Shown one piece after another: positions 1 to 10,429 of a DNA stretch of 64,000 nt. Numbering within the stretch: the stretch's first letter is position 1; every line of letters begins with the position of its first letter. The notes below the pieces were generated by a model that was not told where the DNA came from, made no database searches, and saw nothing but the letters and a program-made list of their open reading frames with translations. The stretch covers positions 832,001 through 896,000 of the forward strand of contig CBDFJR010000002.1 of the NCBI GenBank assembly GCA_965248535.1, written 5' to 3'. Made by a program: the position numbers and the translations under genes. Source of the stretch: Phormidesmis sp. GTDB lineage: Bacteria > Cyanobacteriota > Cyanobacteriia > Leptolyngbyales > Leptolyngbyaceae.

Positions 1-348
1 ACGCTACCTCAGACGGGCAGCCACTTCGCAAAACTGTCTTTTTCGTTCACTAAGCCCGATCGAGATCACACGATCGTCCCTGTTCCTCTCGACTTAAAAG
101 GCACTCGTGCATTTGTTGGCACCTCAACAATGGGGCAAGCGATCGGGGTCAAAGACACATGGATCGATGAAACGGGAACTGTCTGGATAGAGTTAAATTC
201 ACCAGTTGCTGCCAAAACGACTTTGACTGTTGTGCTTAAACCGCAGAAGTTGTTGCCAGCAGGACAGTATGTTTATGGCATTGCTGCTTACCCAGACATA
301 AAACCTGGCATTCCTGTTTTTGTGGATAGTGGCACCGTAAAAATTTAG
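1..348 (+). CDS. DUF2808-like protein, C-terminal part (starts before window)
   Basis: Frame 1 is open from base 1 (TLPQTGSHFAKLSF...); 'SPVAAKTTLTVVLKP...GQYVYGIAAYP' resembles cyanobacterial DUF2808 C-termini. Confidence 0.6.
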   Translation, partial: TLPQTGSHFAKLSFSFTKPDRDHTIVPVPLDLKGTRAFVGTSTMGQAIGVKDTWIDETGTVWIELNSPVAAKTTLTVVLKPQKLLPAGQYVYGIAAYPDIKPGIPVFVDSGTVKI

Positions 349-387
349 AGTTATGGATTCAACACCCTGTCAATCATTGACTGGTTG

Positions 388-418
388 CTGACCCGTACTA
401 TGACTACACGTCTTGACT
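388..418 (+). promoter_or_regulatory. Putative MerR-family promoter/operator with 19-bp spacer
   Basis: CTGACC-N19-TTGACT with imperfect dyad GTAC-TATGA-CTAC in the spacer; -10 is non-canonical. Confidence 0.35.
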
Positions 419-451
419 GTCTTATTCCAACCGCTTGAGCGGGAGTTTACC

Positions 452-925
452 ATGCATAAAATTTCACAGATTTTCACCACAACCCTGATCGGGGCGGCGC
501 TTTCACCATTGATCTCAGTGTTGCCGTTAAATGCTCATCAACACAAGATGACTGCTTCTAAGAACGTCGGAGCCATGATTCATCTTGAGCCAAATGATTC
601 GCCTGCGGCCGGAAAAGCCACAACAACCTGGTTTATGTTGACACAGCGCGGCGGAGCAGTGATCGCTCCTGCAAACTGCGATTGTCGAGTAGTTGCTTAC
701 GACTCTGGCAAGAAAGCAACTAGCAAGGCAAAGTCATCATGGAGCGCCGAGCGCCTACCGCTTTCAACCATAGCCATGGAAGGACACCAAACAGGGCATC
801 AGGGAATTCAGACCACCATTACGTTTCCGAAGGCTGGCGCTTATTGGGTCGTGTTGTCTGGCAAATCAAAAGATGGCAGTTTTGACCCCTTTGAGTTGAA
901 GTTTCCGGTCACTGTTCGTCCCTAA
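452..925 (+). CDS. Exported hypothetical protein, possibly metal-binding
   Basis: ATG at 452 after GGGAG; signal peptide ending LNA followed by HQH; CDC and HQTGH motifs; beta-rich. Confidence 0.65.
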   Translation: MHKISQIFTTTLIGAALSPLISVLPLNAHQHKMTASKNVGAMIHLEPNDSPAAGKATTTWFMLTQRGGAVIAPANCDCRVVAYDSGKKATSKAKSSWSAERLPLSTIAMEGHQTGHQGIQTTITFPKAGAYWVVLSGKSKDGSFDPFELKFPVTVRP

Positions 926-957
926 TCACCTAATTTTCTCCTTACCAAGAGATTGAT

Positions 958-1062
958 ATGGCTAAACTGCGTTCTCGATCGCTACAGTCTTTGGCGCTGG
1001 CTCCTGTCTTAGGGGTCGCCATGTATTTAATCTGCACTGTTCATTGTGCAATGCCTCATTAA
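958..1062 (+). CDS. Candidate 34-aa membrane peptide with Cys/His C-terminus
   Basis: MAKLRSRSLQSLALAPVLGVAMYLICTVHCAMPH; basic N-terminus, hydrophobic core, co-oriented 32 nt after the previous stop. Confidence 0.5.
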   Translation: MAKLRSRSLQSLALAPVLGVAMYLICTVHCAMPH

Positions 1063-1119
1063 GCCTAATTAATCAGGGGCATCACCACTTTGATTTTTGT
1101 TTCTCAAAGGTGGTGAGTT

Positions 1120-1530
1120 ATGACGGTGTTGTCTGAACGAAACGAGCAAAACACTGCAACAATAGTGCCTGTCCAACCTTCGCGAGAGCGAGTCAGACAA
1201 GAGTTGGGGCAAAAGATTCATGCCGCACTCCAGGCTGCTAAAAATCTGTCTCGCGAAGAGGCTTTGACAGCAATCAAAACCAGTCTTCTAGCTATTCAAA
1301 TTGAGTGTCGAACGATCGGCAAGTCTTTCATTTTTATCGAAGAAAGAGTGACCTGTAGCCAGTATGGGTTAAAAGGACGCATTCAAGACAGTGCGACTGT
1401 GTTTAGAGGCCCTAGTGAGAATGCTTCTGTTGCAATTTGTGTCACTGATCGAGGGTCGCTGCTGCATCGTAACGGCGATCGCTGGCAGATCTATAAAGAC
1501 GTTGGAGATGTAAATCCTGTAATTATCTGA
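1120..1530 (+). CDS. Hypothetical protein
   Basis: 136-aa ORF with GGTGAG upstream of ATG; no recognised domain. Confidence 0.6.
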   Translation: MTVLSERNEQNTATIVPVQPSRERVRQELGQKIHAALQAAKNLSREEALTAIKTSLLAIQIECRTIGKSFIFIEERVTCSQYGLKGRIQDSATVFRGPSENASVAICVTDRGSLLHRNGDRWQIYKDVGDVNPVII

Positions 1531-1575
1531 TCTGCACAGCAAAAAATATTGCAACAGAAAGCATTCTTTAATCAG

Positions 1576-2367
1576 CTAGAGCGTCAAGTTATCGGCATAG
1601 ACGAGCCGCGTTGCCGATCGCAACTCAAACAGCATATATTCCTCCATCACACTCCAGAAAAAAGCCCGCAGCGTTTTCTGTCGCATCGCCTCTGGAATGG
1701 TGTATTCAAAAGCTGAATCACAAGACTTGAGCTTTGCCAAATGGTTTTCACACCCACACTCATGCTCTAGAAAGTAACCATAGCGACTCGATATACTGTC
1801 AATCAACCGCCGAAATGGGGACACATAGCCGCCGTGCAAAATGGCATCAAACTTGCGGGCGACCCCTAGATCTTGTTCACTAAAGCGAAACGATCGCACT
1901 TCAAACAAATCTTGACGCTGCAACGGGTTTAGAAATGTCCAGTAAAAAGTAGCCGGGACATCATACCCAAGTTCGTCAAACAAATCGCTAACAATGTTGA
2001 TGAGAGCAATCCGCTCTTCTTGCTGGTCACTGGCGGGCAACTCACTCCGAATCTGCTGCAAATCTGGATAGTTCTCTGGCAAAAAGGCTTCCCCATAGTG
2101 AGCCACAGCTTCCCACGCTAATAGGCTGCTTCCTTCGCGGTAAGCTTCTTTGAGATGGGCAGTGTCTGGGCGTTCTGCGAACAGAATGTGTCCCTGTTGA
2201 TTTTTTGCTAAGAAGACCTGCGCCAGTGCCGTATATACACGCGGCTCTGTCATCCAGGTTCCTTCTCGAATGCGCTGCCAGCTTTCTGGCATAGACGCGA
2301 TCGCGATCGCAGGTTCACCGTTAATCGTGGTTAAGCTCGAACTAGATGGAATTGTTGACGATCGCAT
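1576..2367 (-). CDS. Hypothetical protein with HECGCENH motif
   Basis: 263-aa ORF, AGGAGA RBS upstream, protein-like composition. Confidence 0.7.
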   Translation of the reverse strand: MRSSTIPSSSSLTTINGEPAIAIASMPESWQRIREGTWMTEPRVYTALAQVFLAKNQQGHILFAERPDTAHLKEAYREGSSLLAWEAVAHYGEAFLPENYPDLQQIRSELPASDQQEERIALINIVSDLFDELGYDVPATFYWTFLNPLQRQDLFEVRSFRFSEQDLGVARKFDAILHGGYVSPFRRLIDSISSRYGYFLEHECGCENHLAKLKSCDSAFEYTIPEAMRQKTLRAFFWSVMEEYMLFELRSATRLVYADNLTL

Positions 2368-2667
2368 GACTGGTTTCTCCTTTCGGTAGATCTGTCTTTG
2401 AGTGAGAAGGGTTGAATGGCTTGTTCACTTCGGCTCTCTCTGTTTGACCTAAACATTTAGGCTATTGACTAAAATACACTGAAGTGGACTGAAAAGCTGA
2501 CCAAGTTTAACGTTTAACCCTCTGAAACGGTTTAGGCAACTCGTTTCTTGCTCAAATTTCTGCATTAGCTCTTCATCGCTAGGGCTAATTTTTCTGCTGT
2601 TAGCCCCAATTCCCTAAGGGGCACTCTAGCAGGGAAACTTAATTTGTTACACAGGTTGTGTGGTTTT

Positions 2668-5600
2668 ATGCCTACGTGCAGCCCGATCGCCCCTCTCGGC
2701 TACCAAATCACTGATCAACTCTATGCAGGCTCTCGCACACTCGTTCACCGGGCAGTTCGTGAAGTAGACCAACAACCTGTGGTCATCAAACGCTTAAGAA
2801 ATGAATGCCCCAGCTTTAATGAACTGGTGCAGTTTCGCAATCAATACACCATTGCCAAAAATCTAGACAGTCCGGGGATTGTCAAACCCTGTAGCCTAGA
2901 ACCCTGTGGCAGTGGTTATGCCCTAGTGATGAATGACTTTGGCGGAGTTTCGCTCTCCACTTATGTCAGAGAGCAGACAAACAATAGCAATTCTCGCGGG
3001 CTGCCCCTGGCTGATTTTTTGGCGATCGCGCTGCAACTGTGCGACATTCTCCACGAGCTCTATCAGCAGCGAGTGATTCACAAAGATATCAAACCTGACA
3101 ACATTCTGATCCACTCAGCAACTAAGCAAATTAAACTCATTGACTTTAGCATTGCCTCGTTGTTGCCTAAAGAAACCCCAGAGATCCAAAGTCCAACCGT
3201 TTTAGAAGGAACTCTGGCTTATCTGTCTCCTGAGCAGACCGGGCGCATGAATCGGGGCATTGACTACCGCAGCGACTTTTATTCACTAGGGGTGACCTTC
3301 TACGAACTGTTAACGGGGCAACTCCCCTTTTTGAGCAGCGATCCCCTAGAGCTAATCCACTGTCACATTGCCCAGCATCCTGTCGCTGTTGACCAGATTA
3401 ACCCTGAGATTGCCTCTGCGCTGTCTGCCATTGTCAACAAGCTAATGGCAAAAAATGCTGAAGACCGCTACCAAACTACCTTTGGACTCAAGCACGACCT
3501 GACACGCTGCGGGGAACAATGGCAGCAAACAGGCACGATAGAATTCTTTGACATTGGGCAACGGGATATCTGCGATCGCTTCCTTATCCCCGAAGTGCTC
3601 TACGGGCGTGAGTCAGAGGTGCAGCGGCTGTTAGATGCCTTTGAGCGCGTCAGTCAGGGCAACACCGAAGTCTTGCTGGTGGCAGGCTTTTCGGGGGTTG
3701 GCAAAACGGCTGTTGTCAACGAAGTCCACAAACCCCTGGCCAAAGGCACAGGTCACGCCACCGTGCGCCAGCGTGGTTATTTCATCAAAGGCAAGTTTGA
3801 TCAGTTTCAGCGCAATATCCCTCTGTCGGCGTTTGTGCAGGCTTTTCGAGATCTAGTAGGGCAACTGTTGAGCGAATCTGACGCGCAGTTAGAGCAGTGG
3901 AAAACCAGCATCCTGGCAGCATTAGGCGAAAATGCTCAAGTGATCATAGAGGTGATTCCTGAACTAGAATGCGTTATCGGGTTGCAGCCCCCTGCCCCTG
4001 AGTTGTCTGGGAGTGCGGCTCAAAACCGCTTCGATCGCCTGTTCCAGCAGTTCATTCAAGTGTTTACCACCCCTGCTCACCCGTTGGTGATTTTTATTGA
4101 TGACTTGCAGTGGGCAGATGCCGCCTCACTTAACCTGATGCGATCGCTGATGAGTGAGACAGCCACCCGTTATCTCTTGTTCATCGGAGCCTATCGAGAT
4201 AACGAAGTCACCGGGGCACACCCGCTGATGTTGAGTCTAGCTGAGATGCAGCAGTCAGGGGCAACAGTCACCACCCTAACGCTTGCGCCGCTGCCCCTAG
4301 GGTCTGTCAATCAGTTAGTAGCAGATACCTTAAGCTGTTCGTTAACGCTGGCGCTGCCTCTAACCACGTTGATTGTGGAAAAAACTGGCGGCAATCCGTT
4401 TTTCACGACTCAGTTTCTCAAGGCGTTATATGACGATCGCCTGCTCACGTTTAATAGCAACGAGAACTATTGGGAGTGTGAGATTGTTCAAGTCAGAGCG
4501 CTCACCCTCACCGATGATGTGGTGACCTTTATGGCAACGCAGTTGCAAAAGCTGCCGACTCTGACGCAAGCTGTTCTCAAACTAGCCGCCTGCATGGGCA
4601 ATCAGTTTGACTTGAGCACGCTGGCGATCGTGGCCCAGCAGCCAGAAGCCGAAATCGCTGCAAACCTCTGGAAGGCTCTGCAAGAAGGCTTAGTAATTCC
4701 CCAAAGCACCGTTTATAAGTTTTTTAGCAACTCATTAGAGATCGATGATTTGTGGCCCAATTCAGTAGATAACTTTTCTGTCACCTACCGATTTTTGCAC
4801 GATCGGGTTCAGCAAGCCGCCTATTCTCTGATTCCAGATGACCAAAAACAAGCCACCCACCTAAAAATAGGGCACTTGCTGCGGCAAGAAAGCAGTGAAA
4901 TTCAACGTCAAGAACGAATTTTTGAGATTGTCGGTCATTTCAACTTGGCGCGGGGGCTGATCTGCGATCGCGCAGCCCACTATGAATTAGCCGCGCTGAA
5001 CCTGCAAGCGGGGAGAACTGCCAAAGCGTCTGCTGCTTTTGAGTCGGCACTAATGTTTGTCAATCTCGGCATTCACAGCTTACCCGCCGATAGCTGGCAA
5101 GAACACCCCACTCTAACGTTAGCCCTGCACAATTTAGCAGCCGAAGCCGCCTATTTGTGCAGCCAGTTTGAGCGAATGGAACAGTTAGTAGCGGCGATTT
5201 TGCAGGAGACAACTCAACTGCTCGATCAAGTCAGTGCTTATGAAATTCAGATTCTTGCTTATCTAGCTCAAAGTCAACCCCAGTCTGCTATTGATGTTGC
5301 CCTTGAGGTGCTTCAACAGTTTGACATTCGGTTGCCCAAAACCCCGACTCAGCTTCAAGTATTGTTGGGTCTAGCTAAAACCAAGTTAGTGCTCGGCAAC
5401 AAAAAACCGGGCCAGTTGATCAATCTCCCCACAATGACCGATGCCAACGCCTTAGCCGCGATGCGAATTCTGTCGAGCGCGGCTTCTGCGGCCTATATTT
5501 GTGCTCCGCAGTTGATGCCACTGTTAGTGTTTGAGCGGATTAATTTATCCGTTCGCTATGGCAACACTGCCCTATCGTCGTTTGCCTATGCTTGGTATGG

Positions 5601-8600
5601 ACTGATTCTCTGCGGCATCGTGGTCGATATCGAAACAGGCTACCAGTTTGGGCAACTGGCGCTGCAATTGTTAGAGCGGCTTAACAGCACAGATCTAAGA
5701 GCCAAAACGCTATTTACGACGCATACCTTTATCAGTCATTGGCGCGATCGCGTCGCAGACACCATGCCCGCCCTGTTAACTGCCTACCAGAGCGGTTTAG
5801 ACTCAGGAGATGTAGAATATGCTGCCTGGTCAGCTTTAGTAGATTCTTATAATCGCTATTGGACGGGGCAACCCTTGACGGAATCGGAAGCGGCCATGCG
5901 ATCTTTCATCACCACGATCGCGCCCTTCAACCAAAAAAATGCCTCGCTCTACCTTCAGATTTACCATCAAGCTACCTTAAATCTTTTGGGTGAGTCTAGC
6001 GACCCAGGCTGCCTGTCTGGCGAGAGCTATCAGGTTGCTCAAGAGATTCCGGCTCAGGTGCTAGCCAACGATCGGACAGGGTTATTTTTTAGCTATGTTT
6101 GTCAACAGCATCTTCACTATTTGTTCGGGCAATATGCCGAATCTGTTGAGAAGTCAAACCTGGCTAGACCTTATTTTGATAACTGCATTTCTTCGCTGCC
6201 CACCGTTCTACACTATTTTTACGATTCTCTGGCTCGATTGGCTCTTTATGAGACGGCCACCTCTTCGGAACGCAAACAGATTCTCAAGTGTCTTCAAACA
6301 AACCAGAAAAAGCTGAAGAAATGGGCGCACTATGCCCCGACGAACTATCAGCACAAGGTTCTGTTAGTCGAAGCAGAACAGTGCCGGATTTTAGGACAAA
6401 AAGCGGAGGCAATCGATCGGTATGATCAGGCGATCGCGCTAGCCAAACAACACAACTACCTCAACGAAGCAGCGCTAGCTAACGAACTCGCGGCCCGCTT
6501 CTATCTAGACTGGGGCAAAGAGCGCCTCGCACAAGATTATTTGATCGATGCCTACTATGACTATGCTCGTTGGGGAGCCAAAGCCAAAGTCAAAGACCTA
6601 GAACAGCAATACTCGCAGCTTTTGACCGCTATTCTACAACCCGAAAAGCCGTCTCTCAGCGCCAAGGCCCCGATCACGTCCGGTTGGGTTTCTTCTCATT
6701 CCAACCACTTGTTATCGACCTCTAGCCGAGTCTTGGCCGCGCTGGATTTAGAAACAATTCTCAAAGCCTCTCAGTCTCTTTCGAGCGAGATCGAGTTAGA
6801 AACGCTGTTGTCTACTTGGTTGGCGATCGTGCTAGAAAATGCAGGAGCCGATGCCTGTACCCTGCTGTTGCTCAAAGCAGATCAATTGTTTGTTGAAGCA
6901 ACAGCAGCGATTGATCAGCCGTCAGTGGTGCTGCAAGCGTTGCCTTTAGCAGAGAGCCAGACGGTGCCGATCTCCCTGATCAACACCGTTAAACACAGTC
7001 TCAAACCTGTTGTCATTGCCAACACCGCCCAACATGAGGGGCTGATGGCTGACCCCTATATTCTGCGGCAGCAGCCCAAAAGTGTGCTGTGTACACCGAT
7101 TGTGCATCAGGGCAACCTGTTGGGCATTTTGTATTTAGAAAACAATCTCACCTTGGGAGCCTTTAGTAGCGATCGGGTTAAACTCCTCAACTTGCTGTGT
7201 GCCCAAGCCGCCATTTCTCTTGAAAATGCCCGTCTCTATCAAGAATCACAACAGTCGCTGTCAGCCCTCAGCACGATTAGTGCTCGATTTCAAAGAATGA
7301 CGGAAAACCTTCCGGGCATTGTCTATCAGTTTCGGTTGACTCCCGATGGGTCTGCCTCAACGCCTTACATGAGTCCGGCGAGTCTGACGTTGCTTGAGGT
7401 CTCACCCGAAGACTTCATGACGGGCACACAAGATTTTCGAGCGATGGAACACCCCGACGATCGTCCCGGCATCGAACGAGTAGCAGCACAGTCTGCTCAG
7501 ACGCTCATGCCGTTTGAACACCTCTCTCGCTATATCACGCCGTCTGGGACGATGAAATGGATACAATCTTTCGCCCGACCCGAACAGCAACCCGATGGCT
7601 CAATTTTATGGGATGGACTGAAGATAGACGTGACGGCCCGTGTGCAAGCAGAATGCCAGTTGCAAGAGTCGCAGCAATTGTTGCAACTGGTGTTAGATAC
7701 TATTCCTCACAGAGTGTTTTGGAAAGATCTAAACCGAGTCTATCAGGGCTGTAATTCTTCGTTTGCTGAGGTTGCAGGGGTTGGTTTACCGATCAACATT
7801 GTTGGCAAGTCAGACCACGATCTTGCCTGGACACCCGAAACAGCAGATTGTTTTCGTGAGTGCGATCGCCGAGTGATGAACTCAAACACGCCCGAACTCA
7901 ATGTTGTGGAATCCCAGATTCAAGTCAATGGCATCCCCGTCTGGCTAGAGACCAGCAAACTGCCCCTCCATGACGCAGATGGCAAGGTTATGGGTCTGCT
8001 GGGAGTCTATCAAAACATCACCGATCGCAAACACGCCGAAACTCAATTGAACCAGCGAACCGCAGAGTTAGAGCAAACGCTGCAAGAACTTCAGCACACA
8101 CAGATGCAAATGGTGCAGTCAGAAAAGATGTCGGGTCTGGGTCAATTAGTGGCCGGGGTTGCCCATGAAATCAACAATCCAGTCAATTTTATCTATGGCA
8201 ATCTCAACCATGCCGATAACTATCTCCAAGATTTGTTAATGCTTTTAAACCTCTACCAGCAGCATTATTCCACGCCCCATGCAGATATTCAGCGCGCTAT
8301 AGAAGCGATCGATCTAGAATTTTTAACTGAAGATTTACAGAAACTGTTGACCTCTATGAAAGTTGGGGCAGACCGCATTCAAAAAATTGTGGCATCGCTG
8401 CGAAACTTTTCGCGCATGGACGAAGCAGCTATTAAAGAAGTCGATATTCACGAAGGTATTGAGAGCACGCTGATGATTTTGCAACATCGGCTCAGAGATC
8501 GGGTCAACACTCCTAATATTGAGATCGTCAGAGCCTTTGGAGAGTTGCCGCTGATCGAGTGCTATGCCGGGCAACTCAACCAAGTGTTTATGAATCTCTT

Positions 8601-8946
8601 GAGCAACGCGATTGATGCGTTAGACGAGTCATTAGCCAGCGAAAAAATGAGGCGAGCGCCCGGAAAACCTGCTCTGACTCCGACGATCACGATTCACACC
8701 GCTTTGTTAGATGATCAACAGATTGCTATTCAAATCTCAGACAATGGGGTAGGTGTTCCCGATTCGGTCAAGCAGCGATTGTTTGATCCTTTCTTCACCA
8801 CAAAGCCTGTGGGCAAAGGCACGGGGATGGGGCTTTCTATCAGCTATCAGGTGGTGACTGAGAAACACAAAGGCACATTGCACTGTGTTTCTGCCTTAGG
8901 GCAGGGAGCCACCTTTATCGTCACCATTCCAACTCGGCAGGGTTGA
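2668..8946 (+). CDS. HstK-type Ser/Thr kinase-AAA ATPase-GAF-PAS-PAS-histidine kinase
   Basis: HKDIKPDN/DFS/SPEQ kinase motifs, Walker A GFSGVGKT, IDDLQWAD, GAF, two PAS, H-box AHEINNP, TTKPVGKGTGMGL; ATG at 2668 preferred to TTG at 2644. Confidence 0.95.
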   Translation: MPTCSPIAPLGYQITDQLYAGSRTLVHRAVREVDQQPVVIKRLRNECPSFNELVQFRNQYTIAKNLDSPGIVKPCSLEPCGSGYALVMNDFGGVSLSTYVREQTNNSNSRGLPLADFLAIALQLCDILHELYQQRVIHKDIKPDNILIHSATKQIKLIDFSIASLLPKETPEIQSPTVLEGTLAYLSPEQTGRMNRGIDYRSDFYSLGVTFYELLTGQLPFLSSDPLELIHCHIAQHPVAVDQINPEIASALSAIVNKLMAKNAEDRYQTTFGLKHDLTRCGEQWQQTGTIEFFDIGQRDICDRFLIPEVLYGRESEVQRLLDAFERVSQGNTEVLLVAGFSGVGKTAVVNEVHKPLAKGTGHATVRQRGYFIKGKFDQFQRNIPLSAFVQAFRDLVGQLLSESDAQLEQWKTSILAALGENAQVIIEVIPELECVIGLQPPAPELSGSAAQNRFDRLFQQFIQVFTTPAHPLVIFIDDLQWADAASLNLMRSLMSETATRYLLFIGAYRDNEVTGAHPLMLSLAEMQQSGATVTTLTLAPLPLGSVNQLVADTLSCSLTLALPLTTLIVEKTGGNPFFTTQFLKALYDDRLLTFNSNENYWECEIVQVRALTLTDDVVTFMATQLQKLPTLTQAVLKLAACMGNQFDLSTLAIVAQQPEAEIAANLWKALQEGLVIPQSTVYKFFSNSLEIDDLWPNSVDNFSVTYRFLHDRVQQAAYSLIPDDQKQATHLKIGHLLRQESSEIQRQERIFEIVGHFNLARGLICDRAAHYELAALNLQAGRTAKASAAFESALMFVNLGIHSLPADSWQEHPTLTLALHNLAAEAAYLCSQFERMEQLVAAILQETTQLLDQVSAYEIQILAYLAQSQPQSAIDVALEVLQQFDIRLPKTPTQLQVLLGLAKTKLVLGNKKPGQLINLPTMTDANALAAMRILSSAASAAYICAPQLMPLLVFERINLSVRYGNTALSSFAYAWYGLILCGIVVDIETGYQFGQLALQLLERLNSTDLRAKTLFTTHTFISHWRDRVADTMPALLTAYQSGLDSGDVEYAAWSALVDSYNRYWTGQPLTESEAAMRSFITTIAPFNQKNASLYLQIYHQATLNLLGESSDPGCLSGESYQVAQEIPAQVLANDRTGLFFSYVCQQHLHYLFGQYAESVEKSNLARPYFDNCISSLPTVLHYFYDSLARLALYETATSSERKQILKCLQTNQKKLKKWAHYAPTNYQHKVLLVEAEQCRILGQKAEAIDRYDQAIALAKQHNYLNEAALANELAARFYLDWGKERLAQDYLIDAYYDYARWGAKAKVKDLEQQYSQLLTAILQPEKPSLSAKAPITSGWVSSHSNHLLSTSSRVLAALDLETILKASQSLSSEIELETLLSTWLAIVLENAGADACTLLLLKADQLFVEATAAIDQPSVVLQALPLAESQTVPISLINTVKHSLKPVVIANTAQHEGLMADPYILRQQPKSVLCTPIVHQGNLLGILYLENNLTLGAFSSDRVKLLNLLCAQAAISLENARLYQESQQSLSALSTISARFQRMTENLPGIVYQFRLTPDGSASTPYMSPASLTLLEVSPEDFMTGTQDFRAMEHPDDRPGIERVAAQSAQTLMPFEHLSRYITPSGTMKWIQSFARPEQQPDGSILWDGLKIDVTARVQAECQLQESQQLLQLVLDTIPHRVFWKDLNRVYQGCNSSFAEVAGVGLPINIVGKSDHDLAWTPETADCFRECDRRVMNSNTPELNVVESQIQVNGIPVWLETSKLPLHDADGKVMGLLGVYQNITDRKHAETQLNQRTAELEQTLQELQHTQMQMVQSEKMSGLGQLVAGVAHEINNPVNFIYGNLNHADNYLQDLLMLLNLYQQHYSTPHADIQRAIEAIDLEFLTEDLQKLLTSMKVGADRIQKIVASLRNFSRMDEAAIKEVDIHEGIESTLMILQHRLRDRVNTPNIEIVRAFGELPLIECYAGQLNQVFMNLLSNAIDALDESLASEKMRRAPGKPALTPTITIHTALLDDQQIAIQISDNGVGVPDSVKQRLFDPFFTTKPVGKGTGMGLSISYQVVTEKHKGTLHCVSALGQGATFIVTIPTRQG

Positions 8947-9052
8947 TCACTCTTTTTTGTCGGCTTTGTTGTCGGGTTATGGCAGCAGTTTAGATTCATA
9001 GCACAGGGTCTGGTCTGAGGTATGCTATTGAGGTATAAAGTACCCGATCGGA

Positions 9053-10150
9053 ATGGCTCAGACTGGCTACACTCTACCCGTTTTTGCCGTCGCATCTGCC
9101 AAGGCTGCATGGTTGTGTCTGCTTAATCGGAGCGATCGCCCACTCTCGATCGCCCTCGATCTTTTGCCCGGAACGGCTGACATTCCCATTCAACAAGCGG
9201 CTGTGCTAGACGAAACGAGCGCTCTAGCCGTCACCCTGAGTGAGCCAGGCGACAATCTTGATCTGACTCGCAACACGCCGATTTGGGCCTGGGTAAAAGG
9301 GTCACCGCGACAGTCTCACCCCCTCGTGTTAGAAGCGGGTGAAGGACTCGGACGCACTCTCACAGGCGAAGCGGCCATTTATCGCTATGCGCGGCAATTA
9401 TTTGATGCCAACCTGCTGCCGTTGATTCCAGACGATCGCACCCTCACCGTGCGAATTATTTTGCCCGAAGGTCGGCAGTTAGCGCAACGCACGTCTAACG
9501 AGGCATTCGGCGTTTTAGAAGGCTTATCGCTGTTGGGAACTAGTGGCATTTCTAAACCGCTATCAGCCGCCGATCATCTTGAAAACTTTCGGGTGATCTT
9601 GCAGCAAAAAGTGAGTGAGTCGCCTAATTTAGTGTTTTGCATTGGCAGCAATGGTCAGCAGGTTGCCCAACGGTTAAACATTCCCGATCGGGCGATCGTG
9701 CCCACCGGAAACTGGCTCGGTGCGCTGCTGGTCGAAGCGGGGTTAGGTCAAGCGCAATCGGTCTTGCTGTTGGGCTATCAAGGCAAACTGATCAAGCTAG
9801 CAGGCGGAATCTTCAACACATCTAGTCATCTAGCCGATGCAAAGCTAGAAATTATCAGTGCGGCTGTCTTACGATCGGGGGGCAGTTTGGCGGCGGCGCA
9901 AGCCGTGCTCAATGCCAAGACAGCCGATGAGGCTCATCAGCAACTCAGCAGATTGGGATTGACTGATCCGGTGTTTTCTTATCTGGCAGCGTTAGTCAGC
10001 CAAAAAGCGGTGCAGTATGTCAAAAAATATGCCGATGCCTCGCTCAAAGTGGGAACATTTTTGTTTGATCGCCAAGGACAATGTATTGCCCAAGACGCGA
10101 TCGCTCCAGCCTTAATTAGCGCCCTCTCTTCTCCTAGAGATTTGTTATAA
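9053..10150 (+). CDS. cbiD: Cobalt-precorrin-5B C1-methyltransferase
   Basis: GYTLPVFA, GDNLDLT, RTSNEAFGVLEGLSLLGTSG, GKLIKLAGGIFNT motifs. Confidence 0.93.
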   Translation: MAQTGYTLPVFAVASAKAAWLCLLNRSDRPLSIALDLLPGTADIPIQQAAVLDETSALAVTLSEPGDNLDLTRNTPIWAWVKGSPRQSHPLVLEAGEGLGRTLTGEAAIYRYARQLFDANLLPLIPDDRTLTVRIILPEGRQLAQRTSNEAFGVLEGLSLLGTSGISKPLSAADHLENFRVILQQKVSESPNLVFCIGSNGQQVAQRLNIPDRAIVPTGNWLGALLVEAGLGQAQSVLLLGYQGKLIKLAGGIFNTSSHLADAKLEIISAAVLRSGGSLAAAQAVLNAKTADEAHQQLSRLGLTDPVFSYLAALVSQKAVQYVKKYADASLKVGTFLFDRQGQCIAQDAIAPALISALSSPRDLL

Positions 10151-10429
10151 ACATCGTTCTCTGGTTAGATCAGTCAAGACTCGACTCTATTCCAGATGGA
10201 GACTAGGTTTTCTGACTTTTGGAATAAGAAAAAAAGGTTTATCTAAACTACCATTTTGGAACATCAACAAACTTGATAGTCAATAATGTCGATCGCTGAC
10301 AGAACTAACTCTCAGCTTACACGCGGCTGTTGTGATCTTGTCGGATTGGCGTTTTTTGAGATTTGCGGACTGATTAACGTTCGCGTTTTATTTGATTAGT
10401 GACCTGCATTGATTTCTAGGAGATTTAGA

